Assembly (NCBI GenBank): GCA_040285825.1 | Contig: JAUPSS010000004.1 | Span: forward strand, 6,167,784 to 6,231,783 | Length of the DNA stretch: 64,000 nucleotides | Direction: 5' to 3' | DNA from: Eukaryota sp. TZLM1-RC | Taxonomy: Eukaryota; Protista; Metamonada: BaSk clade | In this document: one piece after another, positions 13,001-23,818 of the stretch | Layout: every line of letters starts with the position of its first letter | How positions within the stretch are numbered: position 1 is the first letter of the stretch | Notes under the pieces: generated by a model | Database searches by the model: none | What the model saw: the letters and a program-made list of their open reading frames with translations, nothing else | What the model was told of the DNA's origin: nothing | Translations under genes and position numbers: made by a program

Positions 13001-14402
13001 TTCTATTCTCTTGGATGTCATTAAGCAATTACTTCTTTATGCTGCTGATTTATCTCCAAAAAGTTTAGTTTTTTCCAAAATATTTTTCAAGGGTTTTTCT
13101 CTTTTTATGTTCAATTTACTTTATCTTGTTTCTTTAGCGTGTGTTTTTGACTCATTTAATTACTTTGAGTTATTGTTACCACGAATCCAAAATTTGATCC
13201 AATCTCAGTATTTTGATAAAGAGCTTGCAGCACTATGTTCAGATATCGTACAACTCACTGACTCTGAAATCTGGTCTGTTGATAACCTTTTTTCTGCTAT
13301 TAACTCTACAATAACCAAATATTTGGAAACTATAAGAACTCATGTCCCAATTTTTCCTGAATTTTCTGTTTCCCCAAATTCATCTCACAAGAAGAGACTC
13401 CACGATTGCTCTATGTCTCATTTAGAGAAGCTAAAATCTACTGTTTCACAAGTTATCTCTAATTCAGAATTGCTAACTCTCTTTGTTTCGTCCACTTGGT
13501 TCTCAGCTCATCATGAAATTGTAAGTTTTTTGAAAAATTGGCCATCTTTTGGAATAGATTTCCAACCTTATACCCACTCGTTTTTCTTAAAATCATTACA
13601 AAATATTCAACCACAGTTAGAAGGTTGTATTTCAAATCCACTATTGTCTGGGGATGTGAAAAACCAGTTATTGGTGGCTCTTGATACTGTTTCGCAGTTA
13701 CTTTCATTTGAGAGTGTTCGTTGTGGTATCAATATGAAGGACTTGTTGGCAGAATTTTCTGTGGTTTCTCAAATCTTTGCTGATTTTGATGGCTCTGATC
13801 ACCAGCGATTGGCAACTGAAGTACGTGAATTTGATCGAAATTTGGTATTTCACGAAGAACATTCAGCTAGTTTACGGTGTATACTCGATAATCAAATTGA
13901 GCTCATTCAATCATCTCGTGATTCTATTGTTCGAAATTTTGAAAGTGTCAAAGTTTTAGAAGAAGTAATCCCGCAACATTCAGAAATTTTCCAAAAATTA
14001 TCAACAACTGTACAAATTATAGTTGGTTTTGATTCAGATACGATTGGTTCATCTGTTCAAAAATTTGCAAATATTTTAAATATTGATCCCAATGTTCAAT
14101 TAATTTCTGACACTTTGGCAGCTTTAATTGATACGTTAACTCATTCTTTCATGGAGGTCACAACTGAAAACAAGTATTCTGATTCAATTGTTTCACAAGC
14201 AGCTAATGATTACTTCTATTTAGATACTGGAGGGAAAAATTTAATAGAAAAGAAATCTTTCGCCATTTCTGAAATAAAAAACATTCAATTAAAATTAGAC
14301 CCGTCAGTCTCAGTTCAAGATGCTGTAGATTCTCTAATTGGTGAATCTGTGGATCCTGAAAAACTCTGCCAAATGTTTTTGGGTTGGATGTCTTTTTGCT
14401 AA
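7005..14402 (+). CDS. PIKK-family kinase, SMG1-like (2465 aa, intronless)
   Basis: Catalytic loop WLIGLGDRHLGN, IDFG, LPVPEVISARLS and C-terminal FATC (KLCQMFLGWMSFC). About 750 aa lie between kinase and FATC, which is SMG1-type architecture; the sequence is highly divergent. Confidence 0.75.
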   Translation: MYSQIQAALSCDTSTAVNRLIDITSSLSKLSPDEFSALCNFLFKLDLSTIDGAVYPHLSTLLATALLQQPNPYSHLISICQYLSTLPGAHNIADAFLSHFPSVNQSLALSLIRAITHISNVQEDLLPFVSILGILCLKVDRALFTKSFCQSVLIPLFEFSASCLTSTVPFIVLKKILFLLEQLEVILSDFTFEISVSDDLLSELVTIFSLIFQLFGYDLNRLHNSLSGLEPSKVVDSLKSSEGHTGQNSTRSLLISSLQHLIAITSLFSQFNFNFVTHLIPFSCYLSILAARLDQFDVSLLLLNNFSTICQKGQTLEKRSVELMFATFNHLVLLSASKPFSLSNKIQQDSLFFFDNCNVIAADLIKSLLKFTFRSRNEFIYMFHNYFSIDCYPKIVIISIYSKLFLVLTELNLSKIISGDLIIELISHLTDPADVMSLAKSLFLAMKESKLSISDDHLSKLLDKSRILLSTDAYSSFNSSLYVFMLELSKFCAEINCNLVSFAYLNTELVGFFGNNNSNLSNFTSIRELFGLLLVNLPHNPQIYLSFFFRFFYFNRALFKELMTFICEFPVLEFSSYETIAYSTPIVYLADLYLNLSETQTNSWFGRVISQLIAHQKLFKISSRLNNPLPSSFDSSCSSVVSCSDSIFQRLVCLLTELFGDLDNRNILNQLVTLISTNKSRLKVFIFKHISHSNIEVISQNAYLIASFVGIVGKFVIKFSELELSFIDLSAEFCSFLTLAFEVILSIFAVCSKSIYKCNSPIEKKTKCVMCSNICQLLLNEFLVLATELSYSLLLFDLLPLELSIEFFGKCLNHAIFIKNIEKVPSLDWSQVSYSETKSLIWSELPETNQDLSNLAFVLVLSLINKELTSADLNFSIVSQLRCLHPLLLSDLSSSVDLFLKILNKEELTDQDMANIPEDILDHVVQTCLSLLVVLGRCSEIKTLSSLPSFSDLFTNIWELFSNAMPQYIPIEDLMAVNSAIIPLLTLLDCENLVTEILNKKLTVSRHFDCGKSELSFLIATYHLHKYGLNFCPLSTSSNLNTLLFVIGLKHRSCDPTSSFKYLFFSEIPSIKPPLNPVYQTSLFKLKKYLVSPSTSWTDLTNVSPNLFLDCCLVEFVATLNNNMDLLCQVLFLKLNFLLSKSPKLSKIYDYVNIAKICRQLSLIVDQPTVKNFLLVEALQILQKFFNQSKLIDVAIKRLLEVLFHDLLAIDSVSLIKKMIFTCPLAISVNFHVFFSHLVSKLGSIDDFSADFLFGVANNVFSTSNLVQFGWFVPSIYCSSSTKNVGICDFITKLRHKSPIIDDIITFRLYLNSLVNDSLDMVHRAGSSFKSLFKSCFSDLQLKLKNSSYSKLSDLAVLAFAPFLSRGSKFSAQLSKYSSDSCLFNSFVTDFNHFVDTLKSTIQEISSKSDLSRVQLLQSRLNVLFESIHYNCSKPLKIDLNSIEIKNLSLPLLFINGLFTTAKVISIEPFASAISTQTLPRVISMMTSSGDVSFLIKPSDPSSEITANVFLSLCDSVLTLNNSSNVYSPLLVGLPSNSDLHTSSTGSFMLPGNSIIRTIVPFTSPNHLSKSIKSQVKSLRERWNCLAFLYSTSMITDSLWNSVDSYMASAIASWLIGLGDRHLGNSLITPHGKDNIFVNIDFGQVLNSSKFLPVPEVISARLSPIIIRSFPYWKRHDYIRDISANFYQYLINSRHLFEPVLNIFKSDPPNVSLALINKYKGVSSICEGDLNSFSELLRSLFVSVKTFLDTKDQLDVSESKISSAKISFSSIREQYKESREAVDNLISHVSHLSTLISSDLCSKISDPKYEKLINEIQYGGLSALAKVSPIAKSTNISQKLPPGLFVDPSTLLSQTRKLVSSYQSIIKMFGVKYFELVKFELFENELGSALDCLQKSDIDQAEILIQSSFFKIFHKINRETCPQLYFAFDLFSQNFRVSNTQFSYFGFQEVEIQVRRFLQSIPRINRSDLINLITSLIDLARSKQKHINNDATMDFIVNYSILLDVIKQLLLYAADLSPKSLVFSKIFFKGFSLFMFNLLYLVSLACVFDSFNYFELLLPRIQNLIQSQYFDKELAALCSDIVQLTDSEIWSVDNLFSAINSTITKYLETIRTHVPIFPEFSVSPNSSHKKRLHDCSMSHLEKLKSTVSQVISNSELLTLFVSSTWFSAHHEIVSFLKNWPSFGIDFQPYTHSFFLKSLQNIQPQLEGCISNPLLSGDVKNQLLVALDTVSQLLSFESVRCGINMKDLLAEFSVVSQIFADFDGSDHQRLATEVREFDRNLVFHEEHSASLRCILDNQIELIQSSRDSIVRNFESVKVLEEVIPQHSEIFQKLSTTVQIIVGFDSDTIGSSVQKFANILNIDPNVQLISDTLAALIDTLTHSFMEVTTENKYSDSIVSQAANDYFYLDTGGKNLIEKKSFAISEIKNIQLKLDPSVSVQDAVDSLIGESVDPEKLCQMFLGWMSFC

Positions 14403-14679
14403 TGTCTTTTCGGTTTTTATCAACTCTATTTGGTTAATCTATTGAACACTGCATTCATTGTTGACAGAGTGTTGCAAAGTGGTTCAGTATTGCGATGACT
14501 TTTCGTGGCTTTTAGGTGTATTGATTTTTGTGATTAGTAGTTTTGTCGTTCCGTTGATTTTAGTAAAATCTTTTCTAGAATTCATTTTGTTTTTACCAGG
14601 CATTAATTAATCAAATCAAACTTGAAAATAATCCAAAATTATCACTCTTTTAATACAATATTTATAATCATCCAATAAA

Positions 14680-16257
14680 CTAAATACTTTGAACTCTGAA
14701 AATTTGAGCAGAATATTGATCAACAACTGCGGTGAATTGGCCACTACGAACATCATCTCCAGACCAAAGATACTTACCACCAGACAACTGTTCGGTAAAT
14801 TCTATAGTTTCTCCATCAACATGCCCTATGTGAACCTTTGCTCCTGCTTTAACTTCACTGTAATTGACAACAACCAAGACCAACTCGGTGCCTCTTTGCC
14901 ATTTCCAGGCCATTAACCTCCATGAATCAGAAGTTCCGTGACACTCTAGTGGTGTGAATTCTCCAATTTTAAAAATAGAGAGATCCAACTCAAGGAAATT
15001 CTTATAAAAAAGATAAACATCATTGTTGATGGGTTCTGAAGCAGAACGACGGAGGTGGACAGCCAATCTATTACGCTTACCTTCATGTTGTCCATGGTGG
15101 TGGAACTTCAACCCAGGAAGAGTAAATGACACCAAAGCGGCTCCAAGGGAACGCTCGCATGAACCAAAAGCGACACAAGCTCGTTCTTCGTCATGGTTCT
15201 CTACAAAATGAGCATAGTTTACCATTGAAGAACCCCGAGCGAAAATGAGTTTGCGAAGGTTATCCAAGTGTCCACTTTTAAGGTGTTCATACAAGCCATC
15301 CTTGTCGTAAACAGAGTCAAAACCAAGAGAGAGTAGGCGTTCTTCTAGATGCCAGTATTGCTCAGCTGGAGTAAGGAAATACGTGAAAAGGACATACCGA
15401 GGAAAAGACAGTCAGGATAATGGCGTTTAACTTCCTTTATGGCAATTTCCCAAAACTCTTTTGTTGGTCGATCAAAGCCGAGAGCATTGAGATGGTTTCC
15501 CCATGTTTGTTCAATAATGTCATTGAGAAGAAGCATAGCCATATCAACACGGAGACCATCGGCATAAGAGGCAGCTACTAAAAGGTTTTGGATCTGTAAC
15601 TTAATTGTTTCTGGATTCCAATAGTTGAGTTGAGCAGTGTCTGTCCAGGCACATAAGGTAAGAGAGAAAAAGACACAAACCTGAATAGGGGTCCTTGCCG
15701 TATGCAATTCCAGATTCCAAGTACTCAGATCTAGGACATTCCCATCCACGAGGGCAGGTAACAAAGTATTGAGGATTACGGGCAAAGATGGAATCGGCTG
15801 CTAGATGGTTAGGAACAAAGTCCAAAATTAAACGAAGGCCGTAATGAGAGATACGGGATCTAAATCTCTTCAGAGCACCCTCCCCACCAAGGGCAGTATT
15901 AGCGGTGTAGTTGACGACTGCGTACGGACTTCCAATAACATCATCAAGTGTAAAGTCAGGGAGAAGTCTCTTAAAGCTTTCAATTAAATGAGGTTGTGTA
16001 CGATCATGGTGTAAACCATACTCACCGAGTTGCCAAACACCCATGAGATATATAGCATCAATGTTCATATCTGCAATATGTTGAATTTCCTCATTAGGTA
16101 CATGATCTAATGAAGTCATTGGTCGTGAATACTTTTTGCTAAGCTCATATAACCAAGGACGTGCAGATATTTCATAAATAGCTTGATTACGAAGAGAAAC
16201 CGTGGCAAACGACAGTGTGAATACCGTAAAAAAGAGCAACAGAAGAGGAAGTTTCAT
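14680..16257 (-). CDS. Secreted GH13 alpha-amylase; introns 15653-15680 (GT-AT; alternative 15641-15680) and 15366-15397
   Basis: Signal peptide MKLPLLLLFF; GSPYAV, LILDFVPNH, DGLRVDMAM, FLAEQYW (after splicing) and FVENHDE motifs. Confidence 0.9.
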
Positions 16258-17159
16258 CCGGTGAGAAGTTGAACAGCAAAGAATTTCTATTGTAGTCAAA
16301 CTTCATCACATCACTTCTCACCAAGGTTCGGAATTTCCCACATGGTGGTGTATTTTTTAGCTTATAAAATGATGTTACTTTCTGACATGTCAAATCATTA
16401 TGAATAAAACATGTTTATTTCCACTTACAAATACTAAACTCATAACTCAACTATCAAAAGAAAAACGCATTTGAGATCATATCATTCCTCCTCAATGTCC
16501 TCCGAAACATAAAGATTGCTGAAATAACAAGGATCGGTAGGACTTACTCATCCAGTGAATAATCTGCTGCTTGGTTCTGCTCGTTGACTGCCTCTGCAAC
16601 TTCCTCCATCTCTTCAATCATTTTTACTATTTCAGCATTCATCCATATGAATAAAAATCTCGTGTGGCATGTAGGCGTCCTCTCGAATATTCCACTTCAT
16701 CATAAGCATTATTAGGGGAAATGTATTCAAATACAGGATGTTTGCTGCCAGGCCATGGTATTTGGAACAAAGAAAGGAGAAAGGAATAATGAAAGGAAAT
16801 TGACCACCAAGAAAACCACTATAGTAACACCAACCACCACGTTGTGGTGTCCGAACACTGCTTCTCACATGTTGCCTAGCAATTCAACATTGTTTTTCAA
16901 TAGCATTAAAGTCGATACCGTAAATGATCCACCCCAATTGTACTAGCATCTCCCTAGAGCTGTTTCAGATGCATCTACAGATGAATAAGTCATAGCAGTT
17001 TCTGACATCAATGTAGATGAGCTGTCAAAGTAATGTCGTTAAGTATTGTAGTATTGTTCGTGAAAGTAAAATGGCATACAGCACTGAAATGACAAGTTCA
17101 CGCTTAATTGCTTCAAAAAAGAATGTATAACTCTTGTATATGAGGAATTCAATCTAATA

Positions 17160-18064
17160 ATATATGCAGCTCGGCTGTTTTAAATCAAGATCTTCACTCA
17201 TTGTTATTGGAGAAGGGTGTTTGTGAAAACAAGTCGTCAGATTCTTCACTTTTTGTAACTATTGTACCACGAAGATTTGGGTTGTGTGCCACTAAAGAAG
17301 CATTTGTAACAAAAATGAGATTATATTTGAACATCCCCATTAATCAATTATTATTAAAAAAATGTATTTGTTCGAATTCACCTCAACTCACTTTGAGCCA
17401 TGCTCTGAATTGCTCTAAATCGATAACTTATCGTTCTTCATTACATGATGCTGTTAGAGACACTGTTTTCAATATGGCACAAACTGCAAGGATATCGTGA
17501 ATCAAAGAGCCCCTGCTGAAGGAAACACTTTTTCTGAATAATTTTGGTTCTGATGATAGAGGTGATGTATACTGTGATTGGATTGATAATTCTGAAGCTA
17601 TTGTTGACTTTGTCTCATGTAATGTTGCAAATGATACTTTGGTTCACAGAAGAAAACTTAATCCTGTAGCTGCTCTGGATTTTAAAGCAAAAGAGAAACA
17701 TGGAAAATATGATAAAGATATTGAAGAGGCTAATGTCGATAGAGATACACAGCTGGTTTTTATTGCTTTCCCATTTTCGATAAATGGAAGATTATCAGTT
17801 GAAGCAGAAACGTTTTTGAATGACTTCCAAAAAATGGTGCAAGAAAAAACAATGAGAAGATTTGATATATTTTTATGGCGTTCACGGATTCAATTTGCCA
17901 TTATTAATAGATTACCAAGGTTTTTCAATCGAATAAGAGAAGCTTTAGCTAGACAGCAAGCAGATCAAGATTTTGTAGAGGAAATCTTGGTTCAATGATA
18001 GTCGTCCCATTAGTATTGAGTTAATTTAATTAAGTGTGCAAATTCAATAAATAAAACAAAGTAT
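17160..18064 (+). mobile_element. 5'-truncated family A non-LTR retrotransposon; TSD ATCTAATA (17152-17159 / 18065-18072)
   Basis: Near-identical to 19195-20095; RLE RGDVYCDW; flanking direct repeat. Confidence 0.9.
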
Positions 18065-18780
18065 ATCTAATATCATCATCTGGTTTCAAACAAGGTGATC
18101 CATTAGGTCCTTTCTTTTTCTGCCATGCTATCCATCCTTTAATGTGTGAATTGAAACAAGAATTTCCAGATGTTCCTATAACTGCTCATATGGATGATCT
18201 ATCAATAATTGGTCCAATTGATTCATTAAGAACAATTGCTGAAATTGTTCAACAGTACTATTATCAAATTGTTCTTTCTTTAAATATTTCCAAATGTTTA
18301 TTGATTGGTAGAGAGCCTGCTGATCTCATTATTGATGATCAAAGTGTTCCTTTTATCAATTATTTTGAATCAGGATTTCGTTTTTTAAGATGTTTTAGGC
18401 AATTTTGATGAAATTCGAAATCAACTTTCCTCACTTTTGGATAATTTTGCAGAGGAATTGATTGCTTTTTCAAATTTAAATATTGAAAAACATCTGTTTT
18501 CTTCCTCAGAATTTGTTATTCGGGGAAATTTACTCATATTCTACGAACAACATCACCGTCTATATTTCTCGAATTTTGCAAAATTTTGAATGAATTAAGA
18601 ACAAAATTTTTGGCTAATTTGCTTGACATTGATCCTTCTTATTTACGCAGTCATGTTTTTTGTAGCACAGAATTGGGAGGCATGGATTTTCACAAATTTA
18701 AATATTTGTGTAAAGCTGCATTTATCGGTGGAGGCAAAAATGTCGTTTTTGAATTTTTGAAATGTTTTCCTGATAACCTA

Positions 18781-20105
18781 CTAGACCTTTGGCTCAAAAG
18801 TTTAATGAGTTACGTGCAAAAGTTCTGTCTCAATTACTGGGATGTAAAATGTTTCAAATTCCAGATCATGCTTACCTTAGTCCACAATATGGTGGTTTAG
18901 GGTGGACGAAGGCTTCTATTCTTACCTCGTGTGCTTTTGTTGGTGGATGCAGAAATGCAATCTTTGAGTTCTCCGAAAGATTTGCAGATTGGGAAGATTT
19001 ATTGATGACAACGCAAAGTTCCACTGTTTTTGCATTAAATGAAGAAATTTCAAGAATTGATGTAGAAAAATGGGGTCGATGTTTTCCCCAATCATTCAAT
19101 GGCAATATTCCAGAAAAAAATGTTTTAAATTTGAAGTACACTCTTCGAACATTACAGAAAAAGATTGACTGGAATGTATGAAAAAGATCTTTATAATAAT
19201 ATTTGCAGCTCGGCTGTTTTAAATCAAGATCTTCACTCATTGTTATTGGAAAAGGGTGTTTGTGAAAACAAGGTGTCAGATTCTTCACTTTTTGTAACCA
19301 TTGTACCACGAAGATTTGGATTGTGTGCTACTAATGAAGCATTTGTAACAAAAATGAGATTATATTTGAACATCCCCATTAACCAATTATTATCAAAAGA
19401 AAAATGTATTTGTTCGAATTCACCTCAACTCACTTTGCGCCATGCTCTAAATTGCTCTAAATTGATAACTTATCGTTCTTCATTACATGATGCTGTTAGA
19501 GACACTGTTTTCAATATGGCACAAACTGCAAGGATATCGTGTATCAAAGAGCCCCTGCTGAAAGAAACACTTTCTCTGAATAATTTTGGTTCTGATGATA
19601 GAGGTGATGTATACTGTGATTGGATTGATAATTCTGAAGCTATTGTTGACTTTGTCTCATGTAATGTTGCAAACGATACTTTGGTTCACAGAAGAAAACT
19701 TAATCCTGTAACTGCTCTGGATTTTAAAGCAAAAGAAAAACATAGAAAATATGATAAAGAAATTGAAGATGCAAATATAGATAGAAATACACAGCTGGTT
19801 TTTATTGCTTTTCCATTTTCGATAAATGGAAGATTATCAGTTGAAGCAGAAACTTTTTTGGATGACTTCCAAAAAATGGTGAAAGAAAAAACAATGAAAA
19901 GATTTGATATTTTTTTATGGCGTTCACGGATTCAATTTGCCATTGTTAATAGATTACCGCGGTTTTTCAATCGAATTAGAGAAGCTTTAGCTAGACAGCA
20001 AGCAAATCAAGATTTTGTAGAGGAAATCTTGGTTTAATGATAGTCGTCCCATTAGTTATGATTTAATTTAATCAAGTGTGCAAATTCAATAAATTAACTT
20101 ATTGG
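18781..20105 (+). mobile_element. 5'-truncated family A non-LTR retrotransposon; TSD TGATAACCTA (18771-18780 / 20106-20115)
   Basis: ORFs 18789 and 19165 (single frameshift) encode thumb, knuckle and RLE; 10-bp TSD. Confidence 0.92.
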
Positions 20106-21921
20106 TGATAACCTACATTTTATAGAATATTGTGTTAGTGACTGTTTAGTGTCTTTGCAGAATGAAATTGAATGCCTCACTTCTCACATATGGTCCACAT
20201 GCTTTCCTGCTGATATTCAAGAAATTCCACCCAGAGGTTTGATTTCCTTGAAATTTGCATATGCTAAATTGCAGAAAAAGATATTAAAAGTTTTTGAAAA
20301 CTTGGATTTCACTGTTCGTTTTAGCTTGGCTAAAGCAAAGGTTCCCGTTTTTGCAAACTTTTTTGATTGATCTTAAGGAAAGTAGCTCAAGTTGTCTCAT
20401 TTCCCAGATTCCAAATGTATATGGTTTATTATTAAATGGTCATTAATGGACAACTGCCTTCAGGATGAGGTGTTTTCTGTGGCCATGTAGTGTGCCAAAT
20501 GATTTGATTTGTCGTTGTGGTCAGCTCATTAATCTGAATCATTTATTTAATTGCAAATTTAATATTACATATCGCTCAGTAGTTCACGATGCTGTTGGAG
20601 ACCAACTATACGCTGAGTGTAAAAGTCATCACATTGAAGCTTTTGTTGAACCACTTGTGCGAAGGTTGTCATCTGAAAATGAAGATGAAAATACTTTTGG
20701 GAAACGCCGTGCTGATTTAATTACCTCTGGGTCTGATGGTGTTATTAAAGTTGTTGATGTTGTCACTGTTGATGTTTGTAAAGACTCAGCAATTCATTTT
20801 GCTAAAAGAGATGAAACTCCACTTTGATTTGCTAAAAAGAGCAAAATCAAAAAGTACAATGAACCCTTATCTCAGCTAGGACGTGTTGAGCATGTCAAGT
20901 ATCAGTTGTTTCCATTTGCTGTTTCTCTTTTTGGTAAAATTGGAATATCTGGCATTTAATTTCTCGAAGGTTTCAGCAGTTTAATAAAAGAAAGAGCAGG
21001 AAAAGAATTGAACTTCAATTTCTGGAACAATAGAATTGTTTTTAGTATTCTGAAAGCAATTCCAGAAATGTTGACCAAAGCACTGTTACAATTAGGAATA
21101 TAATATGAAAATCGCGCGCTTAAAAGATTTGATGATGTTGATGCGTGTATTGAGGATATTGAGTTCTAGTTTTTTGTTTAATGTTTTGTTAGCGTACCAA
21201 AATTGTAAACATTTTTGGTTTTCCATTCTGGCCAAGAACTATCGGCGCCAGAACATGTCGTGCGGTTACACAACGACTATGTAAACAAATAACCAAAAGC
21301 AATAGTGAAAACCACTAAGTAAAGTAGGGAGTTGGATAACAGAAGTTTTGAACTATTTGATAAGAGAATGAGAAACCATACATTATGTCAGCCTGTAATG
21401 TGCATAAAAATAATGCTTCTTGTAGTTGCCTTTGTAGTGCAATTTAACATCAGTTGTATTCGTGATTTTGTCAATGAATTCATAATTCATTGTATTGAAA
21501 AAGGAAACAGAAAAATTGCATGTTCAGTTTCTATCATCATTAAGTTGATTTTAGCAGAAAAAGTTTGTGTATTTTTGAATTTACAAATGCAAAAGAAAAT
21601 CTTTTAAAATTTTTGAAAATTCTTCCATTTTGGTTCAAACTTGTTCCAATTTGACACAAAACGCTCTACAAAGAACCCTTCCAGTAATCGTAGAATTACT
21701 TCTGGTTTTGACTGATGTGTGTAAAATGTATTTTAAGTCATCAAAGGCATAGGTAAAATTTTGAATACTATGGGGTGAAAAGTGTATTTAAATAAAAAGT
21801 TATATATTTTACACAAACATAACACTAACTGAAAAGTATTGAAAAACACCTGTAAATTAAACAAAAAATACAATCAGCAAAGCAAAATGAAATCTAATAA
21901 CATTACTTCAAATAATTAGAA

Positions 21922-23112
21922 TTAAACTCCTTGATCAACTTGTTTTATAGAAATTCCCTTCAATAGAGCCGATAGACAAGACCTCAAGGAAGAAACCTCA
22001 TTACTGAAACAAACCTGAGGGACTGATTGATTAGACAACTCAGTCATTTTCGACATAACAGAAGAAACTCTATTATGATGACGTTTCACCAGGTCAATTT
22101 CCTCAATCAAATCACGTTTTTGCCTCTCTATGCACTGTATTTCACCTTCCACCTCCTCTATTTGACCTCGTAGCCTGTCATCAGGTCCCTTTGACAATTT
22201 AATTCTCAAATCAGTAACTTCAACTTCCAATTGTCGCCTCTTATGGTCAGCTTCTACGAATCTTTGCTTGTAAAACTCGCATTTTTCATTTGTTTGTAGA
22301 GTTTTTGAGTTTAATTTATCAAATTCAGCTTTACGTAGCTCCATAGCCTTGGTCAGATCAGCAAGCTTTCGTTCCTTCATTTCAATTTTTTTTCTTTTCA
22401 TTTCAATTTCCTTATTCCATTCACGGACCTGTGCTTGCCATTCTGCTTCCAACTCTTTTACCTTTAACATTTCAACCTCAACCAATCTTCTCTTGAAAAA
22501 CTCATGCTGTTCTTGCTTCCACTGCTCAAGATCATCCATAGAGACAGGGGGAGTAACATTAGGGTTGGGCAGGGATGTAGACGGTGAGAAGGAGGGTGGG
22601 GGAGGGGATTGAGTCCTCCAGCTGGAGATAATTGTGATGGTGAGAGTGGAGGAAGGATTGGAATCATTAGTCAACCATGAAGAGGGATCAACAAAAGAAA
22701 GAGGGCATGTAGATGATATTGAGGAGGAAGATGCTGAGAGAGAAGAGAGGTCAAAAGAAGCAGTGCCTAGGAGATGTTCTTGCTTGGAATTTATGGAAGC
22801 AATAAATTCTACGTGAAGAGGGGGAAGGTGAGTATAGAACACGTCCTTGGGACATTTAAGAGCAAATGTGACCTTATCAGTAGGTAGTTTAGGTACGTCC
22901 AGGGAAGAGAAGTCTTGACTTCGGATTATGTACCCAAAGAGTTGAAACTTAAAGAGGAAACGGGGTTTTTGATTAACAAATTGTTGAGATAAGGTAAGGG
23001 GTAAAGAGCAAGAAGATAGAATAACAGAGAAGAAGCAGGTATCATGTGATTCAACATTTGGGAGTAGATTGATAACCTTACCACCAACAATGGACAGAGC
23101 AGGGCCATCCAT
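21922..23112 (-). CDS. CEP120-like centriolar protein (C2 domain plus coiled coil)
   Basis: C2-like region (LLGTASFDLSSL), then LEQWKQEQHEFFKRRL...LEAEW, resembling the start of the CEP120 coiled coil. Confidence 0.6.
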   Translation of the reverse strand: MDGPALSIVGGKVINLLPNVESHDTCFFSVILSSCSLPLTLSQQFVNQKPRFLFKFQLFGYIIRSQDFSSLDVPKLPTDKVTFALKCPKDVFYTHLPPLHVEFIASINSKQEHLLGTASFDLSSLSASSSSISSTCPLSFVDPSSWLTNDSNPSSTLTITIISSWRTQSPPPPSFSPSTSLPNPNVTPPVSMDDLEQWKQEQHEFFKRRLVEVEMLKVKELEAEWQAQVREWNKEIEMKRKKIEMKERKLADLTKAMELRKAEFDKLNSKTLQTNEKCEFYKQRFVEADHKRRQLEVEVTDLRIKLSKGPDDRLRGQIEEVEGEIQCIERQKRDLIEEIDLVKRHHNRVSSVMSKMTELSNQSVPQVCFSNEVSSLRSCLSALLKGISIKQVDQGV

Positions 23113-23389
23113 TATTACAGAAATAGTCTCTAAACACTGGGCTAAGTGTCCTTTGTGTTGATGCTTAAGAGGTGGAGTTGTTTTGTTACACTTAAAATAA
23201 TAATGTGTCTTATAAAAGAAATGACGTTTATCGAGGGTCTTGAATCACTGTTTCTTTCAGTTGTCCACAATGATATCTGGTCTTACGCTGTGTTATTACA
23301 TTATCAATGTTCTTGTTAATAAAGTACGTCCAAGCCATTCACTTTCAGAAATTATAATCTTGACTAATCAATTCTAACGTTATTGTTAT

Positions 23390-23685
23390 TTCCATTTTCG
23401 ATAAATGGAAGATTATCAGTTGAAGCAGAAACTTTTTTGGATGACTTCCAAAAAATGGTGAAAGAAAAAACAATGAAAAGATTTGATATTTTTTTATGGC
23501 GTTCACGGATTCAATTTGCCATTATTAATAGATTACCGCGGTTTTTCAATCGAATTAGAGAAGCTTTAGCTAGACAGCAAGCAAATCAAGATTTTGTAGA
23601 GGAAATCTTGGTTTAATGATAGTCGTCCCATTAGTTATGATTTAATTTAATCAAGTGTGCAAATTCAATAAATTAATTATAAGTA
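23390..23685 (+). mobile_element. 3' fragment of family A retrotransposon; 14-bp TSD AACGTTATTGTTAT (23376-23389 / 23686-23699)
   Basis: Almost identical to 19811-20095; perfect flanking direct repeat. Confidence 0.92.
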
Positions 23686-23818
23686 AACGTTATTGTTATC
23701 TTTGAAAATTGTGTTTAATAATAATTAAGATATTTTTATTGTATTTGCCCCTAAATGATTAAAACAAACAATTTATTTCTTGTTGTGTGCCAATCATCAA
23801 ATTTTTTGATAATATCCA

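Larger units (their letters stand above)
17130..21170 (+). mobile_element. Degenerate CRE-like non-LTR retrotransposon (family B), interrupted by two family A insertions
   Basis: Removing the two inserts restores LVYEEFNLI|SSSGFKQGDPLGP, AHMDD (RT), FPDNL|HFIEYC, the CRCG..HLFNC knuckle and the RRADLI...VVDVVTVD RLE. Confidence 0.85.

Noticed and set aside
6812-16342. GGAATTTCCCAC at ~6812 and ~16331 resembling an NF-kB site
   Set aside because: Only two exact instances and no reason to expect NF-kB in this organism; may be a promoter or element motif but cannot be supported.
16540-17100. Minus-strand coding-like stretch (VRTPQRGGWCYY...MIEEMEEV)
   Set aside because: Multiple stops and no recognisable family; probably decayed sequence that I cannot assign.
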